DNA of 64,000 nt from Octopus bimaculoides (Eukaryota). The notes below the pieces were generated by a model. It did no database searches. It saw only the letters and a program-made list of their open reading frames with translations, and was not told the DNA's origin. Every line of letters begins with the position of its first letter. The first letter of the stretch is position 1. A program made the position numbers and the translations under genes. Where the stretch lies: contig NC_068984.1 of NCBI RefSeq assembly GCF_001194135.2, positions 119,449,943 through 119,513,942 on the forward strand, read 5' to 3'. This document shows, one piece after another, positions 1 through 13,020 of this stretch.

Positions 1-198
1 TTTCGTGCGGGTGACACATAAAAGCACCCACTACACTCTCTGAGTGGTTGGCGTTAGGAAGGGCATCCAGCTGTAGAAACTCTGCCAAATCAGACTGGAG
101 CCTGGTGTTGCCATCCGGTTTCACCAGTCCTCAGTCAAATCGTCCAACCCATGCTAGCATGGAAAGCGGACGTTAAACGATGATGATGATGATGATGA
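1..198 (+). mobile_element. RTE LINE 3' UTR copy
   Basis: Near-identical to 17205-17394; (GAT)n tail. Confidence 0.85.
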
Positions 199-199
199 T

Positions 200-385
200 A
201 TAGGGGAAGAATTCACAAAAAAAACCCAAAAGACGAAGACAGGTGGTGTAAAAAACAAACAGATGTATTAGTATAACACTCAGGAAGTGAAAAAGTCTTT
301 AACGTTTCGAGCCTACGCTCTTCCACAGAAAGAAACAAGGAGAGAAAAAAAGAATGTGTAGTGGCTAGCGATCTATCATGGCCTA
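200..385 (-). mobile_element. Penelope-type terminal repeat fragment with degenerate hammerhead motif
   Basis: Minus strand tcttt-ctgTGGAAGA-GC(gtag)GCTC-GAAACGTT-aaaga near 295-335; the core deviates from CUGANGA at C3/U4. Confidence 0.4.
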
Positions 386-410
386 TATATATATATATAT
401 ATATATTATT

Positions 411-477
<67 letters not shown>

Positions 478-2429
478 AGGCTACTTCCCATTTCCATCTA
501 CCAAGTGCACTGACAGGGCTTTGGGCAACCTAGGACTATAGCAAACACTTGCTCAAGATGGCATGCAGTGGGACTAAACCCACTGTCAAGCCTGTACCTA
601 TGTTTGATGTTTAAAAAAATTCATAATCCAACAAGGAAGGACAGTGCCTATGGGTTTATAGGCTCTTGTTGGTAGGTGAGGTGACCCCTATTGATTAGCC
701 CCAGATCAATCCTGATTATTAACTACAACCATAATACCTTATTTTTATTCAGAGACAACATATCCAGAAATGCATCATCTAAAGTTTCCTTTCTCTCCAA
801 AATAGTTGGATGTTGAGGGTAAGTTGGCTGCTATTTCTACTAAGTCAAGCAAACAAAAGGAAGCTCCCTCACTGGCTGAAAATTGGTAAAGTTTAGATTG
901 ACGAGTTGGCTTGAACTTTTGTATATTGTTGTCCAAAGGACAAAATATTAGCAAGGGCAGAATCCCACTTCACTGATGTACTGAGTCTTCTTCTGCTGAA
1001 ACTGTGTGATTTTGGTGAAGCACATGTGTCTCCAAGACAACAACTAATGCTGTAATTATGGTATTTCTGTACATGTACTTAAAATTTTTGTTCATTTTGA
1101 ACTTGAATCACAAGAGGTCTGAACCTACCAGACATAAGACATTTAGCGTTTCACAATGCAGCATTTTGCTTGGATATTCTAAACTCCTCTAAACCCATTA
1201 AGAGATTTACTCATCTGGACTGTGAAAAGATTACATTTATTTTACAAACAAAGGAGTAAAACTGTTTTTTTTCTGAACTGAATTAACAATGTTGTCTTTG
1301 CTATCAGACTATCTACATCGCAGACGTGTTGTCAAAACAACTTTGTGATTGATATCCTTTCTTCTTATCTTTGGGTGACATTTCTATGCAAGGTTGGGGA
1401 CTGAAACTCAAACTTTATTTTATTAACTGGAACAGGCTGTTTTAACCATTGGCCTGTTGTCCTGGAGAACAACAGTGTTGCCATTTTAAGGTACTTAAGC
1501 ATTAGACAAGTAATTGTCTCCATATTTGTTTGATAAGTTAGGTCTGTACTACCAATAATTGTCTAAATTTGCATAGTATGAAGCTACTTCTATATTTTGG
1601 TATAACTATAAAGAATACCAACAATCAAAAAAGGATCAAAGGTCCTTCCCAAGCCATAGGCTGATAAGGCCAGTTTCCTAGATTCTGTGGTGCATATATA
1701 TATTCCCCATTGGATGGGATACCAGTCCATTGCAAGATTACTCATTTTTGCCAACTGAGTGAACTGAAGTGTTTTGTTCAAGAACACAACACATCTCCCA
1801 GTTCAGAAATCAAAACCACAATCTTATGAGTATGAGTACAACACTTTAACCATTAAGCCACAAGCTTCCACATGCCAATAGTACTGTGTAAGAATACTAA
1901 AATCACTATCCATTTGTTGATATCTAATTTGGTTCTTTCACAACATATTTTAACTGTACTTCAAATGTTAGAAGGATTACATTGCTCTTTAATGATGTTC
2001 CAAGAATAAATGAATGAGAAGACTTTTTTTTTCGGTGTCTGCTTATCACAAAGAAACAATGAACAACTCACTGGGATTCCTCATCACAGATGAAGCAGCC
2101 CCATCTGCTGATAAGGGAACCACAAGCTTTTTTTTACAGACATCAAATGTTTGAGATATGACAGTGCTTCAGTCCATGTATGTGTGTAACAAACACTCAC
2201 CATCAAACAGTAAATTAGCAATCATTACAATCAATGTCCAAAGATACTTAAGATAAAAGGGTTTAATTACTGATGAATTTTTTTCTATTCAACCTTAAAA
2301 TGTGGAGAAGTCATGTCTGTGAGAGTTATGGGCTGGTTCTCTTACACTGGTAAGACTGAAGCAGTCTGAAAGAGTTTGAGCTGTATGTTGATGTCTGAAC
2401 AAAAAACATGGGCAAGGAAGAAATTACAG

Positions 2430-3720
2430 AGGAGTTTAATTATAGTTCCAAGTAAAAAGGATTAAAGAAAAGTGTGTGATCTAAAAAAAGGTAAAGGCAC
2501 AGTAGTGTTGAAGGAAGGAACAAAGACAGTGATGGGTGCAGCAGGTTGCTTGGAGTGGATGAAGGATTCTCAATGTCTCCAAAGGACATAGGATAATGTA
2601 GTTACTGCAGAAGAGGCAGAAAAAAGAAACATTCGAGCTGTGAGCCCACTAATGGTTGTGGTATGTTGGTAAGTCTTTGTTAATCAGTGAATGGTATTTT
2701 TGTGAATGCAGTCTAGAAGGTTTGGGTGTGTGTAGTAAGAGCACTATTCCAGATATGTGAGTACACGAATGTGGGTCAGACTTGAGTTTTGAAGAAGGTC
2801 AGCAACTAATTAGAGCTGAAATATTTTTTGGCTCTGAAGAGGAAGTCTAGTCTTTGGGATGCACATTGCACATTTAGTAATGTTTTATACACACATAGAT
2901 GCATGAATGTGTGTGTGTGTGTGTGTGCATGTATGTGTGTATGCACATGTATGTATATGTATGTATATATCTGTGTGAGTGTGTGTGTGTGTGTGTGTGC
3001 ATGTATGAATGATGTACATATGTATACACACATTTATGAAGTCACCATAGAAACAACCACAGCTTGTGGGGCCAAGTATTTGAGGTAACTTCAAGGGTAA
3101 TAGTTTTGTGTTGTTCATGGATAGATGGAATACTGTGGAGAGAAGCGATAAGTGTAGTAATTATATCTTCGTTCGATTGAAGAAGATTAGGTTATCATGA
3201 CCCATTAGAGGATATTTTTGATGTCTGTTCGCAGAAACACTTCATATCTGGCATGATGTGTCATGTGGATGGTGCATCTATGAGGAAGTTTATGGAGGTT
3301 AGAGAAGTGTGGTATCACAAGAACATGTGTTGTTAAGAAATGATAACAAGCAAATCATTTGAGAAGGACAAGTATCTTGTGACTTCTTGAAGGTCATCTT
3401 GTCCCAGAGTTGATGTAACATGGGTTGGAGAAAGCCCTGTGAATACCATTGCAATGAAGAAGTCTGGCACAAAATTTTGAACAGAAGAGAAGCAAAGAGA
3501 AACCTGTTGGCAAAGGTTTTGTTGATATCAAGAGCAACAACATTGCTTTTGCTAAAGTTCTTCAGGACAAGAGATCACAAGAGTATCAATGTAAGAGAAC
3601 AAGTCTCTTGTAAATTTGGTTCAATGGAAACTATAGTAATTGTCATTTAGAAAGAATGGAAACTCAACATGATGGACAAGGTGGTGGTTTTTGATTTTTG
3701 GTTTCTTTTTTGCTTTTGTA
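2430..3720 (-). mobile_element. Highly decayed CR1/L2-like LINE RT 3' region, split by a microsatellite
   Basis: Minus-strand LTFFKTQV*PTF.YSHIWNSA...DCIHKK...HSSNVSFFCLFCSNY resembles the LYKAQVRP.LEY.SHIW...HRRNVSSLCLFYRY CR1-type C-terminus. Confidence 0.55.
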
Positions 3721-3856
3721 CAATTGTTTACTTCATCTTTAAGATTGTGAAAGTAAAAGCAATGGTGGGAGAAGAAAATGGAAAGGTCAAAGCAACTGAC
3801 CTTCTTGGGATTAGAACAAGGTGGCATAGGTACCTATAGAGTGAAATAGTTCCCTC

Positions 3857-3896
<40 letters not shown>

Positions 3897-4095
3897 CTGA
3901 AGAGTTTTGTAAGGACAGAAGCTAGTTCTTCAATGCATTCAGTACAGCTAACTCTTGTTAGTCTATTTTTGTTGAAATGCACTGCCTTCTAACAGAACCT
4001 CTACATTAAAGTAGGGATAAATATTACCACACTGCCTTTGTTTCAATTAATTTTGAAAATAATGAAGACTTTAGCAAAATAACTGTCATATTTAA

Positions 4096-4750
4096 CCCTT
4101 AGAACCTGAAATGCCGGTGCACTGGCAGTATGCCAAGGCCACATATTCCTGAAATGCTAGTCTACTGGCACTCCACATGTCTTCATTTTGTTACACATTA
4201 TAAAAATAGTCACTCAAGCCACTTAGCAACCAATTGGTGAGCATGTTATTTCGGGTCTTCAGTATACATATTCTATTGTGGATTCCTTATTTCATGCTTG
4301 AATTTTGCCAAGAATGCGTTCAAAATGTGTCAGTGATGAAGAAGCACAAGCTCAGATTCTTAATGATGATGAGTAGGATTTAGACGAGTCTGATTACGGT
4401 AATGAAAGTGATTTTGAGCAAGAAACTAGTGAGGAATTACCCAATGATTCCAACAGTGATCAAGGTGAACTTTTACATAATGTAGACAATGCTGCAGCAC
4501 ATGCCCATATGCTCCAAGCTAATAGGAGGCAGGGCATAGTGGTGGGCATGACAGAAGCTTGATGGCAGTAGTAAACATGAATATTCCTGCTCCCTGGAAA
4601 TGAGATATGGCTGGTTTTGCAGCAAGACAGTTTAGTCCTAACCACCCCACAAACCCAAAGGATATTCCACCTCATATAAATGGAGAAAGTGGCCTCTTGA
4701 ATTTCCTTTCCTTGTTCTGGGATGATGTGCTCATTCTCAATGTTCAATAT
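4096..4750 (+). mobile_element. piggyBac-like 5' remnant
   Basis: TTAA|CCCTT terminus at 4092-4100, an acidic N-terminal stretch (VSDEEAQ..DESDY..ESDFEQE) and LNFLSLFWDD, resembling PGBD-type transposase starts; right part lost in the gap. Confidence 0.5.
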
Positions 4751-4751
4751 T

Positions 4752-4794
<43 letters not shown>

Positions 4795-5418
4795 NNNNNN
4801 NNNNNNNNNNNNNNNNNNNNNNNNNNNNNNNNNNNNNNNNNNNNNNNNNNNNNNNNNNNNNNNNNNNNNNNNNNNNNNNNNNNNNNNNNNNNNNNNNNNN
4901 NNNNNNNNNNNNNNNNNNNNNNNNNNNNNNNNNNNNNNNNNNNNNNNNNNNNNNNNNNNNNNNNNNNNNNNNNNNNNNNNNNNNNNNNNNNNNNNNNNNN
5001 NNNNNNNNNNNNNNNNNNNNNNNNNNNNNNNNNNNNNNNNNNNNNNNNNNNNNNNNNNNNNNNNNNNNNNNNNNNNNNNNNNNNNNNNNNNNNNNNNNNN
5101 NNNNNNNNNNNNNNNNNNNNNNNNNNNNNNNNNNNNNNNNNNNNNNNNNNNNNNNNNNNNNNNNNNNNNNNNNNNNNNNNNNNNNNNNNNNNNNNNNNNN
5201 NNNNNNNNNNNNNNNNNNNNNNNNNNNNNNNNNNNNNNNNNNNNNNNNNNNNNNNNNNNNNNNNNNNNNNNNNNNNNNNNNNNNNNNNNNNNNNNNNNNN
5301 NNNNNNNNNNNNNNNNNNNNNNNNNNNNNNNNNNNNNNNNNNNNNNNNNNNNNNNNNNNNNNNNNNNNNNNNNNNNNNNNNNNNNNNNNNNNNNNNNNNN
5401 NNNNNNTATATATATCAT

Positions 5419-5679
5419 TGCCAGTACCGCCTGACTGGCCTTCATGCCGGTGGCACGTAAAAGCACCCACTACACTCTCGGAGTGGTTGGCGTTAGGAAG
5501 GGCATCCAGCTGTAGAAACTCTGCCAAATCACATTGGATCCTGGTGTCGCCTCCTGGTTCACCAGTCCTCAGTCAAATCGTCCAACCCATGCTAGCATGG
5601 AAAGCGGACGTTAAACGACGATATATATAAGATATCACAATTCGATACTTTTACATATATACATATACGTATGTGTGTT

Positions 5680-5722
<43 letters not shown>

Positions 5723-7452
5723 ATGGGGCAGACAAAATTTGTTTAGGTGGATTCTCTACAACTGGAAACAAATATCATTGCTTGTATGATAGTGAAGCTT
5801 GTTAACAACCATCACATGATGAGAAGACAAGGGTACACACACGTGTGTGTATGAATGTATCTATCTATATATATATATATATATATATAATAGAGGTTAA
5901 AGTAGTGAGGAAAGGCAAACAATTAGTCGAGGCAGGACAAGGACATTTGATTTTATGTAATTCAATCTAAAAATTTAGCTACATAATGCATGGTAAAAAT
6001 AGTACAAACTGGTAAAGATAGTCTCTGACAGTGGTTTCTGGGATACCCCAGCTATTGGAACCTCGTATCGAGCAAAGACCCTATAAGTCAAGTATTCTGT
6101 CATTGGAGAAATACAGGTTGGACAGTGGAAGAATGCTTCTCATCAATATTTGTTGCGGTTTATTATGTCCAGGGGGGCGGGAGGGTCCAATTAAATCCAG
6201 TTAGATTGGATCTTCTTTAGGTAAATCCATGATCAGAAAGAGTGGTTAAGCAGTAGATCAAGGTGAGAAGACGGAAAGAATTGTTATGCAACATTCTTTA
6301 ATTTGAGTCATCTTGACCTACATTCTTCATATTTTATACACACACACATATGGAAAGCTTCTTGCTTCCATCTACCAAATCCACTCATAACAAGCCTTTA
6401 GTCAGTCCAGGTCTAAAAGTCCAGGTAGAAGACACTTGCCTAAGGTGCCATGCAGTGGGACTGAACCTGAAACCACATAATTGGGAAACAAGCTCCACCA
6501 CACAGTCACACCTGTACCTATGTATACACACACACACACACACACACACACATGGATATACATATCTGTATATATACATACATATAGACACATGAGGTTT
6601 CTCGAGCGAGATGAGCGTGGCCGTTGCCAGTACCGCCTGACTGGCCTTCATGCGGGTGACACGTAAAAGCACCCACTACACTCTCTGAGTGGTTGGCATT
6701 AGGAAGGGCATCCAGCTGTGGAAACACTGCCAAATCAGATTGGAGCCTGGTGTAGCCATCTGGTTTCACCAGTCCTCAGTCAAATCGTCCAACCCATGCT
6801 AGAATGGAAAGCGGACGTTAAACGACGACGACGATATATATGTGCTGTGCGTGAGAAGACCCGGCAAGCCAAGTGAGATCGTTGCCTGGGCCCCTGGACT
6901 GGCTCTTGTGCGGGTGGCACATAAGATGCACCATTTTGAGCGTGACCATTGCCAGTGCTGCCTGACTGGCCTTCGTAGGGTTTTCGAGCGAGATCATTGC
7001 CGAGCGTGGCCGTTGCCAGTACCGCCTGACTGGCCTTCGTGCGGGTGACACGTAAAAGCACCCACTACACTCTCTGAGTGGTNNNNNNNNNNNNNNNNNN
7101 NNNNNNNNNNNNNNNNNNNNNNNNNNNNNNNNNNNNNNNNNNNNNNNNNNNNNNNNNNNNNNNNNNNNNNNNNNNNNNNNNNNNNNNNNNNNNNNNNNCA
7201 TATAGACACATGAGGTTTCTCGAGCGAGATGAGCGTGGCCGTTGCCAGTACCGCCTGACTGGCCTTCATGCGGGTGACACGTAAAAGCACCCACTACACT
7301 CTCTGAGTGGTTGGCGTTAGGAAGGGCATCCAGCTGTAGAAACTCTGCCAAATTAGATTGGAGCCTGGTGTTGCCATCCGGTTTCACCAGTCCTCAGTGA
7401 AATCGTCCAACCCATGCTAGCATGGAAGGCGGACGTTAAACGATGATGATGA
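5419..7452 (+). mobile_element. Cluster of RTE LINE 3' UTR copies (5419-5622, 6596-6834, 6841-7082, 7199-7452) with a SINE at about 6345-6520
   Basis: Repeated gcacccactacactctctgagtggttggcgttagg...ggacgttaaacga sequence. Confidence 0.8.
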
Positions 7453-7458
7453 TATATA

Positions 7459-7779
7459 ATTATTAAGTAAGAAAATGGAGAGATTTAATGGACATAAATT
7501 AATTTATTAATTAATTATCATTGCCTCCAGTTGTTCCAATTCAGACTCAATACAAATTACGAAACAGACTTTTGGAGTATCTAAACCTATCAACATGTAA
7601 CTTCCTTTATGCCCTTTCACCCTGATGATATATCGCTCAATTTGCAAAATGCAAACTTATTTTATTATAAATGTTTTATAATTTGTATTGAGTGTGAATT
7701 GAAACAATTGCAGGTAATGATAATTAATTAATAAATTAATTGATATCCATGAAATCTCTCCATTTCCTTACTTAATAAT
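7459..7779. mobile_element. MITE-like element with ~105-bp terminal inverted repeats
   Basis: attattaagtaagaaaatggagagattt...caatacaaatta is matched by its reverse complement at 7675-7779. Confidence 0.7.
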
Positions 7780-8232
7780 ATTTGATATCTATAATATATT
7801 TATTGAAGAAATCACTTCACACTATAATATATTAAACCAGTGTAACTTGGATGGAACCATCCCTATAAGAGGTCTATATATCCTCATAGTGACTATATAT
7901 ATATATACATATACATGTGTGTATATATATATACATATACATGTGTGTATATATATATATATACATGTGTGTATATATATATATATATATTTGTGTGTGA
8001 GTGTGTTAGGCAGTTCATTCATAATAGTTTGATATGGTATGTCGAATCATTCATTCATTCTTTCAATGTTTTTGGGTTTTTTTCTTTCACAAGGGTCTTT
8101 TTGTTACAGCCCCAAAATATTTATAATTGTTTATAAAGATTTGTAAAAGCCTTTTGTGATATACTCAATTAAGAAGAATTAAGATGTATAACCTGATAGA
8201 TTTATGTATGTCTTATAGTCCACGTATATAAA

Positions 8233-8267
<35 letters not shown>

Positions 8268-8503
8268 TAAGTGTATGTATACATGCATATATTTGTACAC
8301 ATGTGTGTGTGTGTGTGTATATATGCATAAATCTGTATGTATATATATTTATATTTATACACACATATCAAAAGAAGAATCTGGAAAATTTTGGGGTATT
8401 ATTTATTCACCATTACACATATTTCATTTGCTAATAGGAATCACAAAATTGCACATGTTAGGTAAACATGTACGAAATTTCCTATTAAAAATTCTTCAGA
8501 CAA

Positions 8504-8553
<50 letters not shown>

Positions 8554-8561
8554 ACACACAT

Positions 8562-8615
<54 letters not shown>

Positions 8616-10140
8616 TATGTGGTAAGAAATTTGCTTCCCAGCCACATGGTTCCAGGCTCAGTCCAACTGCATAGCACCTCCAGCAAGTGTCTTTTACTAT
8701 AACCTCAGACCAACCAAAGTGTATTTAGTAGATGGAAACTGTAAAAAGCCCATTACACACACACACACACATGTTTTTGTGTGTGTCTTTGGGTTTGTGT
8801 TTTCTCCCTGCACCACTGGCTGTCAACTGGTGTTGAGGTGTTTATGCCTCTGTAACTTAGCAGTCTCATAGAAGTCACTGACAGAATAAGTATTGGTCTT
8901 TAAAAGAAAAACGAAAGTACTGGGGTTAATTCATTCGACCAAAATTCTTCAAGGTGGTGCCCCAGCATGGCCATAATCTAATGACTGAAGATAATACATA
9001 AAGACACATCATCAAATTAAATGATGATAATGATACACACACACCCACACACATTCATACTCATACATGTATATGTGTATATATGAGTGTGTGTGTGCAT
9101 GTTTTGTATGGGGTATGTGCATGTGTGTGTTACCATATCATAATGCACAGTGAGCTTACCACATTAGCCAGATCAGTAAAGGAATTTGTGTACGACTCTC
9201 ACTTCATACCTGTGGAATTACATCTCAAGAACCCTACTGAGTAAATTACACACTCCAGTTCATTTGTTAATGTCAACATTTACACAAGACTCCACCAGTG
9301 AACAAAAGTGTATCTTCTATTAAATAGGAATAACTAAACGTCAAATTGAAAGCATATATCTCTGTATGTATGTATGTATGTATGAAGGTATTTATATGTT
9401 TATATATATGTATAAATATGTGTGTGTGTGTATATATATACATATATATACACACACATACATATACATATATATANNNNNNNNNNNNNNNNNNNNNNNN
9501 NNNNNNNNNNNNNNNNNNATATATATATATATATTGTGTGTGTGTGTGTGTGTGTACAGTCTGATAGGCGTGATTAAGCTGAAACTTACAAGTCACTGTC
9601 AACCTTAAAACTTGGAAAAATAAAATATCTGTCTGTCTGTCTGTTTGTATCATTCTTGCTGGTGTCAGCGTCATCCTGAACATGGTTTAATGTTCATCAT
9701 CCATACTGGCATGGGTTGGATGGTTTGACAGGATCTGACAAGTCTGAGGACTGTAACATGCCCTGAAGTCTGCTTTGACATCGTTCCTATGGTTAGATGC
9801 CCTTCCAACCACATTAAAGCTTGTACTGAGTACTTTTTTCATGGCACCCCTAGAAAGTATGAAAAATGGCTCTACATTTGTTAAAACCCCAAAGAATGCC
9901 TCTCAACACATGGATATGATGCTCCCACTGCTACTCGTGTTCATGATCAGAGATGCATATTTTGTCAGACACTAAGGGACATACTCATGTGATTACGGTC
10001 AAGCAACTAACAAGAAAATCTGTGGTACTGAGCAGAATATTTGCTATAATGATATTTCTACTTCAGCAACTTAACAATGAATCTGTCTGAAATGTAATGG
10101 AAAATAAGTCAGCTTCAAAATACATATATATATATATATA

Positions 10141-10736
10141 TATTTGTTTTGCAAGATTCTTGATGTGAAATCGTGTGTTGAAACAGATATTGTTGTATTT
10201 GGGGATGGTCATGTTGCCAGTTTAGCCAATAAACACATGAACAAATAAATAAAAACAAATTAAACGAACATGTATAAACAGGGGATACAGATAATACAGG
10301 CACTTCCCATACACACACATACACTTACTAAACATAGACAAACATAGACACACATAGAGGGATACACATGCGCAAATATAGACACATACAATAGGAATAC
10401 AAAATACAAAATGGCTGATCGNNNNNNNNNNNNNNNNNNNNNNNNNNNNNNNNNNNNNNNNNNNNNNNNNNNNNNNNNNNNNNNNNNNNNNNNNNNNNNN
10501 NNNNNNNNNNNNNNNNNNNNNNNNNNNAAAGCAAAGGCCCACTGATGAGGTCACAGAAGTGTGACGAAAGAACTCTGGCCGAAATACAATTGATGTAATA
10601 TAAAGCTGAAGCAAATTAACACCAAATATACAGTGCGTGTGTTTTTATTGGCTAAACTGGCAATATGACCATCCCCAAGTACAACAACATCTGTTTCAAC
10701 ACACGATTTCACATCAAAAATCTTGCAAAACAAATA
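10141..10736 (+). mobile_element. Non-autonomous inverted-repeat element containing a hammerhead, inserted in (TA)n
   Basis: 10141-10235 is the reverse complement of 10644-10736 (only a few mismatches); flanked by (TA)n on both sides; internal N gap 10402-10527. Confidence 0.7.
10536..10580 (+). ncRNA. Minimal type I hammerhead ribozyme (Penelope-type)
   Basis: GGCCCA-CTGATGA-G-GTCAC(agaagt)GTGAC-GAAA-GAAC-TC-TGGCC: core CUGAUGA/GAAA, perfect 5-bp stem II, stem I GGCCCA/UGGCC with one bulge, vestigial stem III; predicted cut after 10575. Confidence 0.65.
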
Positions 10737-10738
10737 TG

Positions 10739-10781
<43 letters not shown>

Positions 10782-11188
10782 CTGTGTGTCACTGCACAAT
10801 TATACATAGTTTTGTTTTACTTTATTTTGCACAGGCATACTTGCATCTCACATAACCATATAAAATTACTGTTCACCAATGCTATTTTAGTCACTTTCTG
10901 AGGTGTTCTTTCTAATAACTGATTTATTTTTAGTGTTAATATTTAGTATTAATGATATCCATATTCTTTAGAATGTTATCAACTTACTATGTCAGCATTT
11001 CTATACACTTCTGCTTCAGTGCAGGCTTTGTCTATAATGTCAACCATTCCACATTTATACAGTGGTGTTCCTAAGAAAATAGAAAAAAAAGTTAAATTAG
11101 AAATTAATCAGACAAGAAATATTTTCAAAACTATAGTTAAATTACAATTGATGAATAATTAATGAATATTTTACCAGGCATATTTTAA

Positions 11189-11402
11189 CCCTTTAGCATT
11201 TAAACCAGCTATATCCAGCCAAAATAATCTACCGGAATTATCTTCAAACTGGACAGATCTGACCTTTCACACTTAACCAACAAAATTATTCTAAAAATAA
11301 ATGATTACGCCATTGAAATCTCAAAGGCACAAGTGACTAATTCATATATAAATGTGAATAAATAAGCATTACATTTGACAGAGGAATCTGAATGCTAAAG
11401 GG
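11189..11402. mobile_element. piggyBac-type MITE
   Basis: TTAA-CCCTTTAGCATT...AATGCTAAAGGG-TTAA. Confidence 0.85.
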
Positions 11403-11414
11403 TTAATGTAAAAA

Positions 11415-11700
11415 GATGTGGTCTAGTGGTAAGGGTGTTGCACTCATGATTGCATGATCATGGTTTCAATTCCTCAGCTGGGTAGTGTGTTGTGTTCTTG
11501 AGCAAAACATTTCATTTCACATTGTTTCAGTTTACTCAGCTGTGATGGACTGGTATTCCATTTGGGGGAATGTTAGCCTGCCTGCCTGGCCAGTGGGGTT
11601 GCATTATTTAAAAGCTGCAACAATGTGAAAAAGTGCATTGTGACTAGTGATGTATAACAACATCTAAAAAGTCTGGTTGACACAGGGTCGGTGATATTTT
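11415..11700 (+). mobile_element. Second tRNA-headed SINE family
   Basis: tggtctagtggtaagggtgttgcactc...ggtttcaattcc head. Related copies near 1640-1870(-), 17640-17900(-), 61620-61780(-), 62640-62870(-). Confidence 0.65.
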
Positions 11701-11789
11701 AAAACACTATGTTTTGAATTCAAATCTTGCCAGCAGTGATTTCACCTTTTGTCACTTCAAATTTAATAAAACGAGCAGTAACCTAGCAA

Positions 11790-13020
11790 AAACCAAAGTC
11801 TTAGTAAGTAGGAAGGCAGACAAATCACAAATCCTTTCATGTAGATGGCGTTGCTTGAAAAATCATAGGTAGAAACTCCATAAGATTCACCTAGTGTAAG
11901 CTTTGGACACATAAAAGGGGCAGCAGTATCAGAGGAAGGTTAACAGGAAAAATAGATTTTGTATGTGGAAGATGCACAAGTACAATAAACACCGAAAATG
12001 TACAGATAATAGACACCATCAACTGCCAGTGAGGTAAGCTAGAGGTAGTAGATAGTTTCTGTTATCTAGGTGACCAAATTAGTAGTGGAGGTGGATGCTC
12101 CAAGAGCATAGCTATGAGTATAAGAATAGGCTGGGCAAAGTTCAGAGAGCTCCTACTTCTGCTGGCAACAAAGGGCCTCTTCCTTACCGTAAAAGGTAGA
12201 TTGTATGATGCTTATGTGCGAACAGCTATGCTACATAGCAGTCAAATATGGGCTGTGACAGCTGAGGAAAAGTGTAGGCTTGAAAAAAATGAAGCCAGTA
12301 TGCTTTGCTGGATGTGCAATATCAGTGTGCATGTTCGACAGAGTGTAAGCATCTGGAGAAAAAAGTTAGGAATAAGAGGAATCAGATGTGGTGTGCAAGA
12401 GAGACGAGTGCACTGGTATGGTCATGTGATGTGTATGGATGAGGACAGCTGTGTAAAGAAGTGCTGATCTCTAACTGTGGAGGAAACCTGTAGCATAGGT
12501 AGACCCAGGAAGACATGGGATGAGATGGTGGAGCATGATCTTCGAACTTTAGGCCTCACAGAGGCAATGACTAGTGAGTGAGATCTTTAGCAATATGCTG
12601 TGCTTGCAAAGACCTGTCAAGCCAAGTGAAATCATAGTCATGGCTGATGCTGTGCCAGTGGGATGTAAAGAGCACCTTTCGAGTGTTGGGCCTCATGGAG
12701 ACAAAGTAGCTGAGTTCCTTTCAAGTGAGTGTTGGGCCTCACAGAGGCAATGACAAGACCTTTGGCATTATGTTGTGCTTGAAAGCCATCAAGCCAAGCA
12801 AAATCACAGTTGTGGCAGATACCAGTGTCATGCAAATGGTACCCGTGCTTGTGGCTCGTAAAAGCACCCATTACACTCTTGGAGTGGTTGGTGTTAGAAA
12901 GGGCATCCAGAAACTATGCCAAATCCGACTGAAGTCTGGTGCAGCCTTCCAGCTTGCCAGCCCCGGTCAAACCATCCAACTCATGCCAGCATGGACAACA
13001 GACATTAAATGATGATGATG
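11790..13020 (+). mobile_element. RTE-type LINE 3' half with PHD-like Cys/His insert, plus diverged 3' UTR
   Basis: KTKVLVS...CKLWTHKRGS...FVCGRC...LEVVDSFCYLGD...GWAKFRELL...RLYDAYVRTAMLH...WYGHVM; ends in taaatgatgatgatg. Confidence 0.85.

Noticed and set aside
2880-3040. Cys/Val/Tyr- or His/Thr-rich ORFs here and at 8.3, 9.3-9.6, 23.1-23.8, 24.9, 32.0 and 55.8 kb
   Set aside because: Translations of (CA)/(TA)/(CATA) microsatellites.
4607-5630. Long ORFs (235-302 aa) in the ORF track
   Set aside because: They run through a 611-N gap and (TA)n; artefacts. The same applies to ORFs over gaps at 7.1, 9.5, 10.4, 19.4, 30.6, 58.7 and 62.2 kb.
6590-7452. Apparent tandem duplication of flank plus LINE tail across the 7083-7198 gap
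   Set aside because: 7199 onward repeats 6590 onward almost exactly next to an N gap; likely an uncollapsed haplotype or scaffolding artefact, untestable here.
7615-7660. Fourth hammerhead (CCCTGATGA)
   Set aside because: No stem II or GAAA at the proper spacing.
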